Shown piece after piece: positions 1 to 13,448 of a stretch of 64,000 nucleotides of DNA; positions within the stretch are counted from its first letter, which is position 1, and each line of letters starts with the position of its first letter. The DNA lies in assembly GCA_002633005.1 (NCBI GenBank), contig NMRA01000297.1, forward strand, positions 400,993 to 464,992. Reading direction: 5' to 3'. The notes beneath the pieces were generated by a model. The model saw only the letters and a list, made by a program, of their open reading frames with translations, ran no database searches and was not told the origin of the DNA. Source of the DNA: Phoronis australis (taxonomy: Eukaryota; Animalia; Phoronida). A program made the position numbers and the translations under genes.

Positions 1-148
1 GGTTAACGCCCATGCTCAGTTAACCGCCCATCTCTGACTTTAAGTGGATTTTCGATTTAACCGCCCACTGCTCGGTTAACCGCCCTCCCCCGATTTTTTG
101 GATTCGCCAATTTAACCGCCCAGGGCGTTAACCCGAACGATTACGGTA
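1..148. mobile_element. Right end of a MITE-like non-autonomous DNA element with internal TTAACCGCCC repeats
   Basis: About five copies of (g/t)ttaaccgccc, ending in ...gattacggta, a TACCGT-type terminus; truncated by the window start. Confidence 0.5.
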
Positions 149-3100
149 TTTATAGCAGAGTGCAAGATCAATTGAATGAGAACTTGATATTGAAATACCT
201 AGTAAGAATATTAACAATAAGTATGGCACAAATAACGAAAATTTTACAAAACTGCTTTTTGTGGCAGCGTGTCTGCAAATGTATTATAGTTAAATAATTC
301 ACCGATAAAATACAGCCGGTTGAACATGCCTTTCGGTTCAGCAAAAATCGCCAAGATGTCCAGCATGAATTATGAGCACTTCAATCACCCAGTTCAAGAA
401 GTTACACCTGCGTGATTAACTTAGGGTGTAAACTCTTGGATTGTACAGAATGGTAGGTATAGATATGTCACTAAATTTGTAAAAATATTGTTTAGACACT
501 TTTAAAATCGTATTCTATGCGGCTGGCACACAAAATTGCTGACCTATCAAAAATGAGTAAAATTGTGACACATAAATAGCAATAACTTTTGAACGTACTT
601 GTGCCATAAAATTTTGATAATATTTATTTTTTTTGCGTTTCAGACATTGATGTCTCTCCTGTGATGTACGCTTTTTGTCGTCCGCTTCATACAGCCTCCA
701 ACCCTTAATTTAAACGAATTGTTTCATTAAAAACCAAATGAATTGTTGTTATAGGCTTAAAATTGTGACGTAAATGTATTTAACACACATGACGAAATTT
801 TAGAATACAGTGTTAGTATATTAAAGATAAAATACCTAAATTAAAACCTTTTAAGGACTGAAATAAAAGTCCCAGTTTACAGTATCATATGCTTTTTTGA
901 AATCTAGGAATATAATGTGACCAAGAGCGAGCTATATAAAAGTCAATCATTGCGTCAATTAAACAGATATTTTGGTCGATAAATCGTTTCGACAAAAACG
1001 ATTAATCTAGATGAATCAAATTGATAACATATTCATATATTTGGTTGTGATTGTTATATTTATTAATTTATAATTACAGTTCAAAAGGGACATGGGTCTT
1101 CAATTTTCTAAAGATAGTGGTTATTCAGTTTTCACTTTTTGGAATTAGTGTGATTACGCTTTGCTTTTGAGAATTGGACATGTGGCAATTTCCAAAGACA
1201 TGTGTTTTCTTTGCCAATGAATACATTTCAAGGTTTTTTAAAATTCCTCTGCCATCATTGCCAGTCGCGTATTATTATACTTTGTATCGGAAAGAGACTC
1301 ACACAGTTCTTCAGTTAGATTTGTTTCTAGATCTCAAGAATCTGCTTAAGAAAGTTGTTCTAGTGTTGGTAAAACGATCGTTTGGAAACGTGCGTACTCC
1401 ATTGCTTTCTTCAATATTGGAGTATTTTCTCTAATAATCTGCTTGCATATTTCGTGTGCTTGCTACTGATCACCATCTTCATGGGCGTCAACATGTTTTG
1501 CTTGCTGTGACTCAACTCAAGGTTTTCAAATTATTTTCCATTAAAACTTAAAAGTTTTTCGGTCAGAATAGTTTGCATATCAAATTTGGCTTTTTGTAAA
1601 GTTTGTTTGAGTTCCACCGACAGGTTGTTTTCCTCATTCATTGTCAAAGCGTCCATTTTTTGATAAACGATTTCATCGTATTGTTTTTTTAAACCTCTTT
1701 TGCAAGATTGATTTTTTCTGATTTCCATTTCAATACGTTCCCCTACTAAATGTTTGTCGTTTAAATAACAAGTGTTAAATTTTCAATGACAAGGACGAAG
1801 TATGTATCGACCAGTAAATGCTCGTATCTCGAAATCAGCTAATTAACATATCGTCAGATAGTGCTCGCAGTTGTTCTAATTTGGCAGGTGGGGTTGTTTT
1901 TGGTGTTTTGATATGTATTTGGTGATTTTAATCACTTTAAGTAACTCAAAGGACTGTACGTGTACAATCATTTTAAGCAGATTTCAGTGCTTTTTGGAGT
2001 TCAATTTTAAGTCATTAACCTTTCCTTGATTAGCGAAGTATGTTCCTGGTTGATATTTAACTGCGGGTGACATTCCTGGTATATCAACATAAGTGCACAA
2101 TATGACCGATACTTAAATATACATGTTAAATTTAAAACTTACTAAACCCGGAACACGTGCATAGAGGCTTGTGACTTTGAGTTTGTGGTTGATTAAGAAA
2201 AGGACAGGTGAAAACAGTGATTCAGTCAGGGTAGCGTTTCGTAGATCAAGTCTCTTTCGAGAAAATCAAAATCTCGAAAGACCTCACACAATCACATAGG
2301 CAAGAGCTGACAAGTTCGAGAATACCGTCTCTCGAAACATTACTAACATATCATAGAATGGCAACCCTGACGTGATTGATCGGTGAGGTTGGAATGTTGC
2401 GTTAGAGGATTAAATTCCCTGTTTCTGTTTCAAAACCAAAGAATTTTCATCGCAAGTGCAAGCCGCTTTACGTCTACGGAGCGCAATCCAATAGTCTGCA
2501 GTTCAGTAACAAAACTTTCCCCTTCGATTGTGCTCTTGAATCATTACATTTTTTAAGAACTATGCCTGCAATAAAAATACTTATGCTTTTTTGTAATATT
2601 AGCCATGGCTGATGAATTGACTGGCTGTTATGATTATTGTCATTTGAAATACAACTTTACCAATCAATGACCATCAAAATACATGTTGACAACTTTTTCC
2701 AGGGAATGTCTTGACTGATATGTACATTACATTTCCTTTTGAAATCAACGGGTGAGTGTTGAAGAAATGATATGAACAACGTTTCTACCATAGTTTTACC
2801 ATGATCTATGGCTTAGTGTAAGTGGTTGTCACGGGAAGTATATGTGACAAACACGTATTTCGGAAAGTATGTATTCCGAAAAAGCACAAATGTTAAGGTA
2901 GAAAGGCCTAGGAATAAACAGCAGCATGCTTTACATCTAAGCTAATTCAATAATTAATTTTAATGATTTGACAAGCGCCGAGCTTTTCACAAGCTTTCAC
3001 TTTTAGAGTAAGCTTTACGTTGTAACTACTTTAACTCGAATGAGAGAGCCAGGTCTGTACCGCATATCTCGCCTCCGGATGCAACTACCGAACCCTCGCT

Positions 3101-3300
3101 ACAATTAATGCTGGTCATCATGTTTGGATTAGCCGCATATGATACGCCACCGACCTCGAACTTGATAGTTCCGCTTGCAAGCAGGGCGTTGCCTTTTCAG
3201 TTAGCTTCAGTATATCAGTAGTGTCCATGTATGCAAGTAAATAAATCTCAAATAATTCATTTAAGCAACAAAATTGTCATTAAGAGACATACATGTATTC

Positions 3301-3650
3301 AGGAGTTCCATAAAATCATACGCATGCCTAAGCATCACGTCTTACGCACGAACCACCTGCGAACACATGCACACAAACCCAAAAATCACGCATACGACCA
3401 AATCATGCGCAAGAACCACAAAAATCGAACAAACGAACACAAATCATACGCAGAAGCATCCAAACCATACGCACGAACAAATAAACGACAGTGTCCGTGT
3501 GTTTGATGCTGCGCTCGTGAGTTCGTAAGTGTGATTTTTGTGATTTGTGCACAGGATTTTCGTATGCGTGTTTTTTGGCTTCGTATGCATAATTGATGGG
3601 CTCGTATGTTGAATGATTCATAGGTAATTCAAAGGTAATCCGTATGTAAG
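3301..3650. repeat. Imperfect inverted-repeat (MITE-like) element built from short CATACG/CACGAA motifs
   Basis: Left half is rich in atcatacgca/cacgaac and the right half in the complementary cgtatg/ttcgt; the overlapping ORFs are low-complexity artefacts. Confidence 0.4.
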
Positions 3651-4021
3651 ATGCAATGCTCTTGCGTGTGATTCTATTATATCCCTGATGTCGGAATTGT
3701 TCGGAATATATGTACTGTACCAATAGGATTTCTTTCCACGTTAGTATATGGGAAGGAAAACAGGCCTTCTTCGCTCAGAATAAATTCGAAAAAATTGGGG
3801 AACTCCAAACACTGTCAAGAATCTGGAAGCATGCCTTGCGGAATTGTTGGTTTCTTATTTACTGTTAATGTATCTACGAAACTCGACTGAATGATGTTTT
3901 ATTTTGACAGTTATAAGTTTATCTTGATGCTTCAGTTAACTTAGCTGCAGGCTGAAATTGGGAAAATTTACCATCGTAGCAAAGTACGTAGTACTGTGTT
4001 GATGATATTCCGACAATTCCT

Positions 4022-4436
4022 CAGAGTGTCCCAAAATGTAGTCGCTATTCAAATGTGAAATAAATGCATTATTTATCGACTCAGAAATCAGGTCAACTGT
4101 TTAAATCGACAAGTATGAGACTACTGAAAAGGAATTTTAAATCTTTAATTCAAACTAAACGCATTTTTCATTTGCTCATTACCATTTGGAAAGATTATTG
4201 CATTTGCACTAAACCGTGTTTTTCTCAATGTTTTAGTTTCCAATAGTATAGCGCCCTTTTTTGTTCTCCAAAACTGAGTCATTTGTAAGTCACTCCAATG
4301 CATAAGGTGCACGTGACGTCTCGAGCACCCACTTTCAAAAGATTTATGCATGTAGCTACATAGTAGGCACGGTGAAAAATCTGGTCCACAGGAACTGTAA
4401 TTTCTAGCGTTGTGGGTATATTTTTGGGACACCCTG
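4022..4436. mobile_element. Tc1/mariner-type MITE
   Basis: TIR pair cagagtgtcccaaaa (4022) / ttttgggacaccctg (ends 4436), matching the CAGGGTGTCCCAAAA class of termini. Confidence 0.6.
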
Positions 4437-7400
4437 TGTATCATTTGGCCCCAGGAACCGAATAGCTTCAAAACAATTTTAAAAATGGTCGGAAATACTC
4501 CCATGGACGTATTTTTGGGTGGGTCTACTTTCGCAGTGATTAATACGAAGCCCTGGTGAAGAAAAAGGTGTGGAAGCACTCTGCACGCTAAACAAATGGA
4601 TATGCCACTAAAACCATGTTTTCTTTTTCACGGTTTTTACAACAACCCTGAAAACTAATTTTATTAAATAATTGATCAGCGAGCCTTGTTCTAGTAAACA
4701 AAAAGTGCACTCAGCGGAACCACCGTGAGACCGGTATTACAAACGCCCAAGATCAGAATTGGCGGTAAATGCGTTGCTCGAACAGGTACAGTAGTGATGC
4801 ATGAAGTGATGTACATAATAACGTCATACAGGAATTGAGGAACATTGTATATATTGTCTTCAAGCATGTAGTTGGCGTGAGCGAAGAGCTGACTGGAATG
4901 CAAAAATCCATATCATATTCGACGCAATCAATTATCATGTTTACGACGACGTTCACGCACGCCACTTGATTAAGAAGTGCTAACGCCTACGACGTAGTGT
5001 AGACTGCTCAGAAAATCAAACCGTATTGCGAAGCGTTTTTGCATAGGTTTCGAAACTATATTTGCGTAAGTACAATGACTTTAAGTACCATATGTGCTTT
5101 TAGTGTATGGCCGTGCTAGTAACTGTGTTATTTATAGGTGGAATACGGAAAAAACTAGTTTTCTATAGGTCACCATAGATCCACAGGCGATCGAATTTCC
5201 CGATGACTCATGATCATATATAAGAATCATAAACGTTGGATGCTAAAATTTTACCGAGCCGAGGCTCCCAGCTTCAATTGTCCGAAATCCAAATAAATCT
5301 CCGTACTGTACATCTCCCTCAGAGTGGCACTGCATAAACTTCCGAAGCCTTATCTTTCCTTGATCCCATTAAATTATCCTTGTGAGTGGTGAATTGGCGA
5401 CGGAATTAAGGAATTAAACTCAAAACTCTGAATTCAAGAACCGTAAATAGTTAACATGGCGGATTTCAGTTGTGCCTAAACGTGTGAGCATCTAGAAGAC
5501 AAAAATTTCGAGTTTGAGCAAGCAACCTTTGTGTCAAAGTCAAGAAATTTATCCCCAATTTCAATGACTGGGGTTACTAAAAACACAGGCGCTTGAGTTT
5601 ATCTGTTTTCCTCGGTCGCAAATGACGTCACTCAATACTAAGAAAACGTAAAGATTAGACACTAAAAATCTGTTTGCTTAGAATTTTCTACTCAAATGTG
5701 CATGGAACTTCTCAAACCTACCATCGAACAAATCTTAGAATACCTTCTTTCAGTTGATCTCTTCAAATTGCCTTCGAGTGGTGATTTGACTACAAATATG
5801 CCAAAAGAATGTCAAAATCAAAATTCAAGGACATTATTCCGTGATGTCATGGCAGCATAGACTATAAGTGTCTATAATCTATGATGGCAAACGGTCTTCG
5901 CACATCCAGGTTTTTGGCGGACGCTCTCGCGCTAAATCCGAAATCTATTTTCGCGCGCCTTTCGTCGTCAATCCCTCGACTACTTAGTCATGAGAAGCAG
6001 AGAGCACTTTAAAAATATCATTGTCAAATGAATGTAACAACTCATATATTTGTGTCAAATATAAATTATCCTAATACTGTACTGATATGCGAAATTATTT
6101 TGTGTACCGTGATTTGTTATGAAGGTTTCACTTTTGGCCAAAGCCATTGAGTTAACTCGTCGGCCACGCGCACGGACTGCGTTTCCTGGCCGAGTGTGTG
6201 TTGTGCTTCAACCAAGAAAAGTGCGTGATGAGAAACAAGATACGCCAGTTTGAGCAATAAAATTTTAAGTTAAGGGCTAAAATGAGCTGTCAGTGGAATA
6301 GAATTACAAATAAAATACTAACTTTAACATTTCAGTCAGTTAACTTTTGGATTAGAATTATTGATTTTGAAATGTAGGTAACTTGCTTAAACTCGAAGTT
6401 CCACCTACTACATGCGTACAAGTTGAAGAACAACTGAAATCCACCATGTTTACTATTTTAGGTCCTTGAATTCAGAGTTTTGAGATTGTTTTGGAAATTC
6501 CATCGCCATTTCACCACTCACGAGTACAAATAATGGGATCAACGAAAGATAAGGGTTCAATTGTTTATGCAATACCAGACTGAGGGAGGTGCACGCAGAT
6601 TTTATTTGGATTTTGGACAGTTGAAGTTGGGAGCCTCGGCTCGGCAAATTTTTAGTGTCCAACATTTATGTTTCTTACATATGGTTATGAGTCATCGGGA
6701 AGTTTGAGCGCCTGTGACTAAAAATAACCTTCCAGTTATGTGTTATTTAATTCATCTTATAGTTCATTTTAACACTTAACCTAGAATTTAATTGCATGGA
6801 CCAACGTATTTTGTGTTTGATCTTGACATTATGTGCTACTCTTTGTTGAAGTGCAACAAACATTTGACTTCTGGTGGAGATTTCCGATGTTCAGTCGCGG
6901 CAAATCACCTATCGGCAACTGCCGGATTTCGCAGTAGCAGTAGGTCAGCGTTAGAAACAGCAACCCGTGTTACTTCTATTATAAACAACGTTGTTTTACA
7001 CAATCAGAGTTTCAATACATTCAAACTGATACTAAATTATGTGATGGACACTTAAATAACATCCGTGGGTGTGCGAAAACTGAGCCCTGTGAGCGTCCGC
7101 CAAAAACTTGGATGCTCGGAGGTTGTCTGCTATGAACGCCTTACTTAACAAAATAAGGTCATTAATTCGTGATTCTGGCGCTTCTTTGACATTTTGTGTC
7201 ATCAAGTCACCACTCCGAGGCATTGTAAGGGATCAAGAGAAAGGCATTCAAGAATATATTCGATGCTGATTTGATGGACTTCTATGCACTAGCATATTCT
7301 GAGGAAAACCGATTTTAGCGTCCAACGTTTACGCTTTCTTAGTAGTGAGTGATCAGTGGTGATCAATTAACTCAAGCGCGTGTCCATAGATCATAGTTTG

Positions 7401-8038
7401 TAAACAAACCCTTAAACACAGGCAGAGGAATTTCTCGACGACTCGTAACCACATAAGAAACATAAATGTTGGACACTGAAATTTTGGCGAGCGTAGGCTC
7501 CCAACATCAACTGTCCCAAATCCGAATAAAATCTGCTTTCCCCTCCCTCAGATTGGTATTACACAATCCTTCTAAGCCTTATCTTCTCCTGATCCCATAC
7601 CATTAAATTGTCCTTGCGAGTAGTGAATTAGCGACAGAATTTCCAAAAAAAAGAAAACCCTGAAATCAAGGCTAAATAGTTAACACGGCGGGTTCCGCTT
7701 GTGCTTTGACTTCTACGCCTGTCGATGATAAAATTATTAATTAATTTGAGCAAGCTTCTCCTATGTTATCCTTTGTGCAAAACTTACTCTGCTGTAGCCC
7801 TGGTACAAAGCTGTATACTAAATATACAGCTTTGCACCGATGTGTGTAAAAAAGTGGTAAGATAAAATCTGACACAAAATTAGTGTCATTAAAAACTACA
7901 GCCTTCCCTGAGTAAACTAAATTATTTAACGGTTTTGGAAAAATGGCATTCTACGGTTATTCTGCTGCTAAAGTTGTGGAGCCATCTTTAACAATGGCTT
8001 TCGGCGCCATGAAATATTGCGTCACCTATTGGTCAGTT

Positions 8039-9405
8039 TCTTTTTTCGCCGATTCTTCAATCAACTGTCGTTCTTTCACGAGGTTACGAACACATCACAA
8101 CAAATTTTCGGAACTGGTTTCACTTCATTATAAGTTTTTAGAATTTCAATACCGAAAAACAGAATTTCAGAAGAAATTCTGCCGCTGCCAAGCTATCATC
8201 ATCTCCCGAAAGATGTCGCAAAAATTTAGAAAATGGCGCGTGCGCGTGACACGAGCGTACTGTTTTCAAAACGACGACATACTTTTCATTATTAGAAAAG
8301 GCGGAGAGTTACGCAAGAAAATGACGTTTATTGCATTATTTTTCACTAAACGGCTGTAACGGGCAAGGTGAGTGACGGTTGATTTCCAGATTTTGCATGC
8401 ACCCCGTCCGGTCTTTAGCTTTACATGTTTCACAGCGAAGCGACGAGCAGAACTACCCTGGCTGTGTGCAATTTCGCGGTCTACGAAACAAATACACAAA
8501 GTGGTCAGAGGCGGATCTACGGGGGGGGTTCAGGGGGTTTAAACCCCCCCCTTGGGCCAGGACCCAAAATTAAAAAAAAACAAAAACGTCGTCACCAAAA
8601 CAAAAACGACACCACCAGCGTGTGTAAACCCCAAGTAAACCAACTTGGAAAAAAATGAGGGGGGGGTTCACTCTGAAAAAATAAATTTTTGAATTGCAAA
8701 TTGCTGTTATGAAAATCAACGCATTTTGAGTCTTCGTGGATCATCGGCAAAACGCGCGGAGATCAATTGTGGGCGCGCTTCCGTCGACACTTCTGAAGTT
8801 GCCAAGCATTTTAGATGGATTCACCGCTGAAAGAGCAGCTCTATAGCTGATTTCTTTAGATAACTAGCTTCTTTACTCTAAGATATAATTTGATTTGATT
8901 AGGGGAAATACTGTGGTGCCGCAACCCTGATATTCAGGNTCTTTTTTCGCCGATTCTTCAATCAACTGTCATTCTTTCACGAGGTTACGAACACATCACA
9001 ACAAATTATCGGAACTGGTTTCACTTCATTATAAGTTTTTAGAATTTCAATACCGAAAAACCGAATTTCAGAAGAAATTCTGCCGCTGCCAAGCTATCAT
9101 CATCTCCCGAGAGATGTCGCAAAAATGTAGAAAATGGTGCGTGCGCGTGACACGAGCGTACTGTTTTCAAAACGACGACATACTTTTCATTATTATAAAA
9201 GGCAGAGAGTTACGCAAAAAATGACGTTTATTGCATTGTTTTTCACTTAAACGGCTGTAACGGCCAAGGTGAGTGTCGGTTGATTTCCAGATTTTGCATG
9301 CACCCCGTCCGTTCTTTAGCTTTACATGTTTCACGGCGAAGTAACGAGCAGAACTACCCTGGCTGTGTGAAAATTCGGGGTCTACGGAACAAATACACAC
9401 AGTGG
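8039..9405 (+). repeat. Near-identical ~465 bp direct duplication (8039-8505 / 8940-9405) across a single-N join; probable haplotype overlap
   Basis: Both copies begin tcttttttcgccgattcttc and end aaatacaca(a/c)agtggt; the second starts right after the N at 8939; only copy 1 continues into a CAGAGGCGGATCT element. Confidence 0.75.
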
Positions 9406-9448
9406 TACCTAGCTGACGACAGCTTTCATACAGCTAGTTGGTTGGCTA

Positions 9449-9647
9449 GGTCTTTGGGTCTGACTAGTAGGGAACGGAGGGTGTTGATAGGTTTCATGTA
9501 AGAGGAAATTCCGTGGGTTCTGTAAGTGTGTTGTACTCGTTCAGATATTCCTCTTACAGTATGTATGGGATGGCAGAACCCTTGGAATTTCCTCTGACAT
9601 AAAACCTATCAACGCCCTCCGTTCCCTACTAGTCAGACCCAAAGACC
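9449..9647. repeat. ~200 bp hairpin/inverted repeat
   Basis: ggtctttgggtctgactagtagggaacggaggg...gttctg pairs with cagaac...ccctccgttccctactagtcagacccaaagacc. Confidence 0.75.
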
Positions 9648-9659
9648 CAACCCCGATGG

Positions 9660-10070
9660 CTAAAAAATGTGGGGTCATATAGCAGCTGAAATGTGACCAG
9701 GATCCCAAAAACTTACATTAGAAAAACCAAGAGACCGTTCCGTACCAGATTCAAAGAACATCTGAAACTAGACAGACCAACAGCCGTGGGGGAACATATT
9801 TTGGCGACTGGGCATACCATCTCTCTTGCGTCATCCAGGATCCTAGCCAAGGAACAAAATTGGCATACTCGTAAGCTCAAAATGGTCATAAACATCAACA
9901 GTCAGCGCCCCTCTTAAACCGGGACTGAGGACTCCACTTACCCCCCGTGTACCTAATCGAAAAAGACCTGGCGGACCAGGTCGAAACGTTTGCCGACAAC
10001 CAACCACGTCTCTAATAAGTGACCATTTTATATACTACAATGCCTCTAGAGACCAATGACGAACCTATTT
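9660..10070 (+). mobile_element. Penelope-like retroelement 3' remnant (degenerate GIY-YIG endonuclease plus pLTR-like tail)
   Basis: CGVI*QLKC...TYIRKTKRPFRTRFKEH...TAVGEHILATGH...ILAKEQNWHTRK...LNRD*GLHLPPVY, followed by gacctgg-cgga-ccaggtc-gaaacg (hammerhead-like helix II + GAAAC). Confidence 0.8.
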
Positions 10071-13000
10071 TCAAGGACATACTTTTCTTTGTTACAAAAA
10101 GCGAAGAATTACAAAAGAATATGAGGTCCATTAGATTGTTCTTCAATTAAACGGCTGTAACGGGATAGGTGAGTGACATTAAGTGTTACTTTTGGTTGAA
10201 GCACAGCGAACACTTGGTTTTTGGTGGAGATTTCCGACGTCTGACAGCACCTTTAGTCGCGGGAAGTCACGTATCGGCAACTGCCGGATTTTGCAGAAGG
10301 AATACATGAACGTTAGTCGCCATGAACCCGTGGTTGTTCGGTTATAAACATTTACACAGATAGAGTTTAAACACAATCGAAACGACACTAAATTATGTGG
10401 AAGGCACTGAAATAACATTCGCGGGCGCGAGAAAACAAAGGTTCGGAATTACGTCGGGAGCGTCCGCGAAAAATCCGGATGTGTACGAAGGCCGTCTATC
10501 ATGAACGTCACAAAATAGTTTCCTTGAATTTGTGATTTTGGTGTTTTCTTGACATTTCTACCATCAGATCATAAGAAGGTGTTTAAAGATGTGTTTGATG
10601 CTAATTTCTTAAGGTTAAATGCACATTTGAGAAAAAATTATGAACAAATTGATATTCAGTGTCTAACCCCTGCGCTTTGTTATGTAGTGAGTGTCGTCAG
10701 TGGTGATCAAGGACAGATAAACTCAGTGCCTATGCCCTTAAACAGTTTTGGAATTCCGTACAGTGAAAGTGTAGAATTAAGTCATACATATCACACTCGG
10801 ATTACACACAAAATATTAACTTGAACACGTCGAAATTGCCATCGCGTTAACACATTAATTCTCTGTAGAAGTAAGACGGCTACCCGTAATATATCTGCAA
10901 GGAAATTAATTCCTTAGAAAAAACTTACTCACTCGAAGATTCGACCTTTTACTATTCGCGTGTCACTCCGCCATAAGCATTTTTCTGAACTTGTGAACTG
11001 AAGCATCCACTGATTGGGTGGCATTCGGGTCATTAGATGACGTCATTAGGTCAAAAACAGATAATAATATAGCAGGCGATTCAATTCGTAGTTGTTGGAA
11101 AAAGACAAAAAGAGGAGAAATAAAACCGGTAAGACCTTTACGGTTTCCTATACATATCAAGGGAATTTGATTTGGTTAGTGCTCACATACTGAACAGAAA
11201 TGTTCCTCCTACTCTTTTGGTATATGTTCATTTCACCAGTCGGTGAAAAGACCTAAGATGGCCCTTGAGCTCCGTTTAAGAGCTGATTATTGGCTAGTCG
11301 TCTGGTTGTATATAATCCAAAAAATTTGATATTCAGTGTTGGTGCACCAATAAAAACACAAAAGCGTTGTTGTGCACAGATTAGTATTTACAATTGCAAA
11401 AGATACTTATTTACCGTTTTTGTTTCAAAAACGTTTTAATCTAGTAATTTTGTTCGGATTAAAAATGAGCCGTCTGTTTATAATTGAAGTTGTCAAGTGA
11501 GCAATTATTCTGGGAAGTGGTAAGTGGCTCTTAAATGGGGCCGTAGGGTGTACCAAGGAGTATAGTACAATAGGAAAGTTAAATTGTGAGTTCGCTGTTA
11601 TCGCTGTGGTGAATAAGCAACGACCAAGTCGTAAGCGTTAGAACAATGGGGAGGGACCCATTTTGCAATGCGATAATTGTACTAATTCATCCACGAAAAA
11701 CCCAGACGTATCGTTTTTATATTGCCTAAGGATTCAGAAAGCTAAGGATAATGTGTTATTCAATAATACGTTACGTTGTTTTTTTCTTTTGTGTGTTCTG
11801 TTCACGGTTGCAAGACAAGTCGACCGCAGTCCCGGTGCCTCTGCCGTCTGCAGGGCACGCTACTGCACAGGCTACTCTCTGCTTTCTGCAGATACTGTGC
11901 TTTCTTCTTCTTACTTGTGTTACACTTACTGCACAAACCCATTGTCTGCACTGGTAGCACCCTAACGTATTCAATAGGGAACATATTCAAAATTGTTGGG
12001 TGGACGTGACACTAGCAGTGAGCTGGGATCACTTTGTAATGAAAAGCTAGAAAACACCCAGGATGGCATGATGGTCACCAGTCATCACAAGCAAAAGTCC
12101 TTTGGGTCATGCACAAAACGAGGGCCAAATCTTATCATCACCTTAGCACATGTTGTCAATGGTCAGGGGAACAACCAAAATGTGTGATGATGGGACGGCT
12201 CAACAATCATGTGGCATACCCTAATGGTTTTTAACTGTTTAACACTTCTCCCATGTACCCTCCTGGGAGGGGGTCAACGCCCATTTGGCGCCCACCTGGT
12301 TTGCACTCCTCCCTTTTACCCCTTTGCTGGCACCTGGGGGTAATTCTCCCATTATCTCCAAGGAGCAATCATTCAATTTTTGTAACCCATGGAGGTATGA
12401 AATGTCATACAGCTTGTTCACGCAGTCGCCATTTTAAAAGTGAGCCTCTTTTTAGATTTAAACAAACAATGCATTCTAGCTTAATAGCAGCGTACATAAT
12501 GTGATATAGTCCTTAAGAAAGCTGTTGAATAATTCAACATAAATTTTATAGTATACCGTCCTCACTCACCTTCTGGAGGTCCTCTTATTCAAGTTTTCAC
12601 CAGAAAAAGTTGGATGAAAACAAAGATGACAACATCAATAACATTGTAACACCTGAATAGATGTCGCCGTTCACCAGCATTGTCTCTAACCCTGTCTCAT
12701 ACAACTTCTCCGTGTCCTAAAAAGAGATGGAGAGCACAAAATCTGAAAAAATGGTGATTATGTTACTACTTCTTCCACAAAAGTAAACATTTATTAACGT
12801 CACTAGTTGTACCTTACAACATGCATGTAACTCGATAATGAACCACCTCATTGATTTCAAATGAACCGATTTTGTCATCCGATTGTAACTTCGAAGTGTG
12901 CGGGTTAATATTTGATGTGCTACTCGAGTGTGATACGTCCAACCATAGGTAAGGTGGTGCTTATTTTCTAGGAACCGCTTTTCGTTAACCTCATGTAGAC

Positions 13001-13349
13001 CTCAAAACTTCAGAACCCCCGAGTAGTTCTGCTCGTCACTCCATAAATCTCTAAACGGATTGACAATGATGATTCATGTACACGTACATGTACTTAAAGA
13101 AGATGAAAGGCAGTAATTCAAAATGAAAGCGAAAAGTATGTTTTTATCACCACTGTTAGTTCTCAAATGGACTTGACTTGCATACGCGGTGTAAACATGA
13201 AACGGTTACCAAATTAAAGTTTCGCTCTGATGAAAAGCAGCGTCGCATTTGTAGTATGGTGGATACGACCAAACTTACTAAGTTTGACAATGCCGGCTCC
13301 TAATGTGACGTCATTTTTCTGATTAACCTGCACATCTACTTACGTCTAG

Positions 13350-13448
13350 ATTGAGCTGACCATGGCGACTGAAGCGTCATCTTGTGATGTCAACTCCTCT
13401 GCAGACATTCAGAGCACGGTGACCGATCATGAGACTGTGGAACCAGTG
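13350..13448 (+). CDS. Candidate 99-bp phase-0 N-terminal exon (copy A) of the pLGIC gene
   Basis: ag|IELTMATEASSCDVNSSADIQSTVTDHETVEPV|gt; paralogous to 14707-14805. Confidence 0.5.

Larger units (their letters stand above)
5183..10745. repeat. Cluster of diverged copies of one or two interspersed repeat families in both orientations
   Basis: 5183-5530 matches the reverse complement of about 6370-6716 and directly about 7418-7755; about 5560-5945 matches the reverse complement of about 7085-7400 and about 10460-10745; about 6866-7210 matches about 10215-10570. Confidence 0.65.

Noticed and set aside
11663-12009. Cluster of overlapping Cys-rich ORFs
   Set aside because: No domain pattern or consistent splice signals; likely repeat-derived noise
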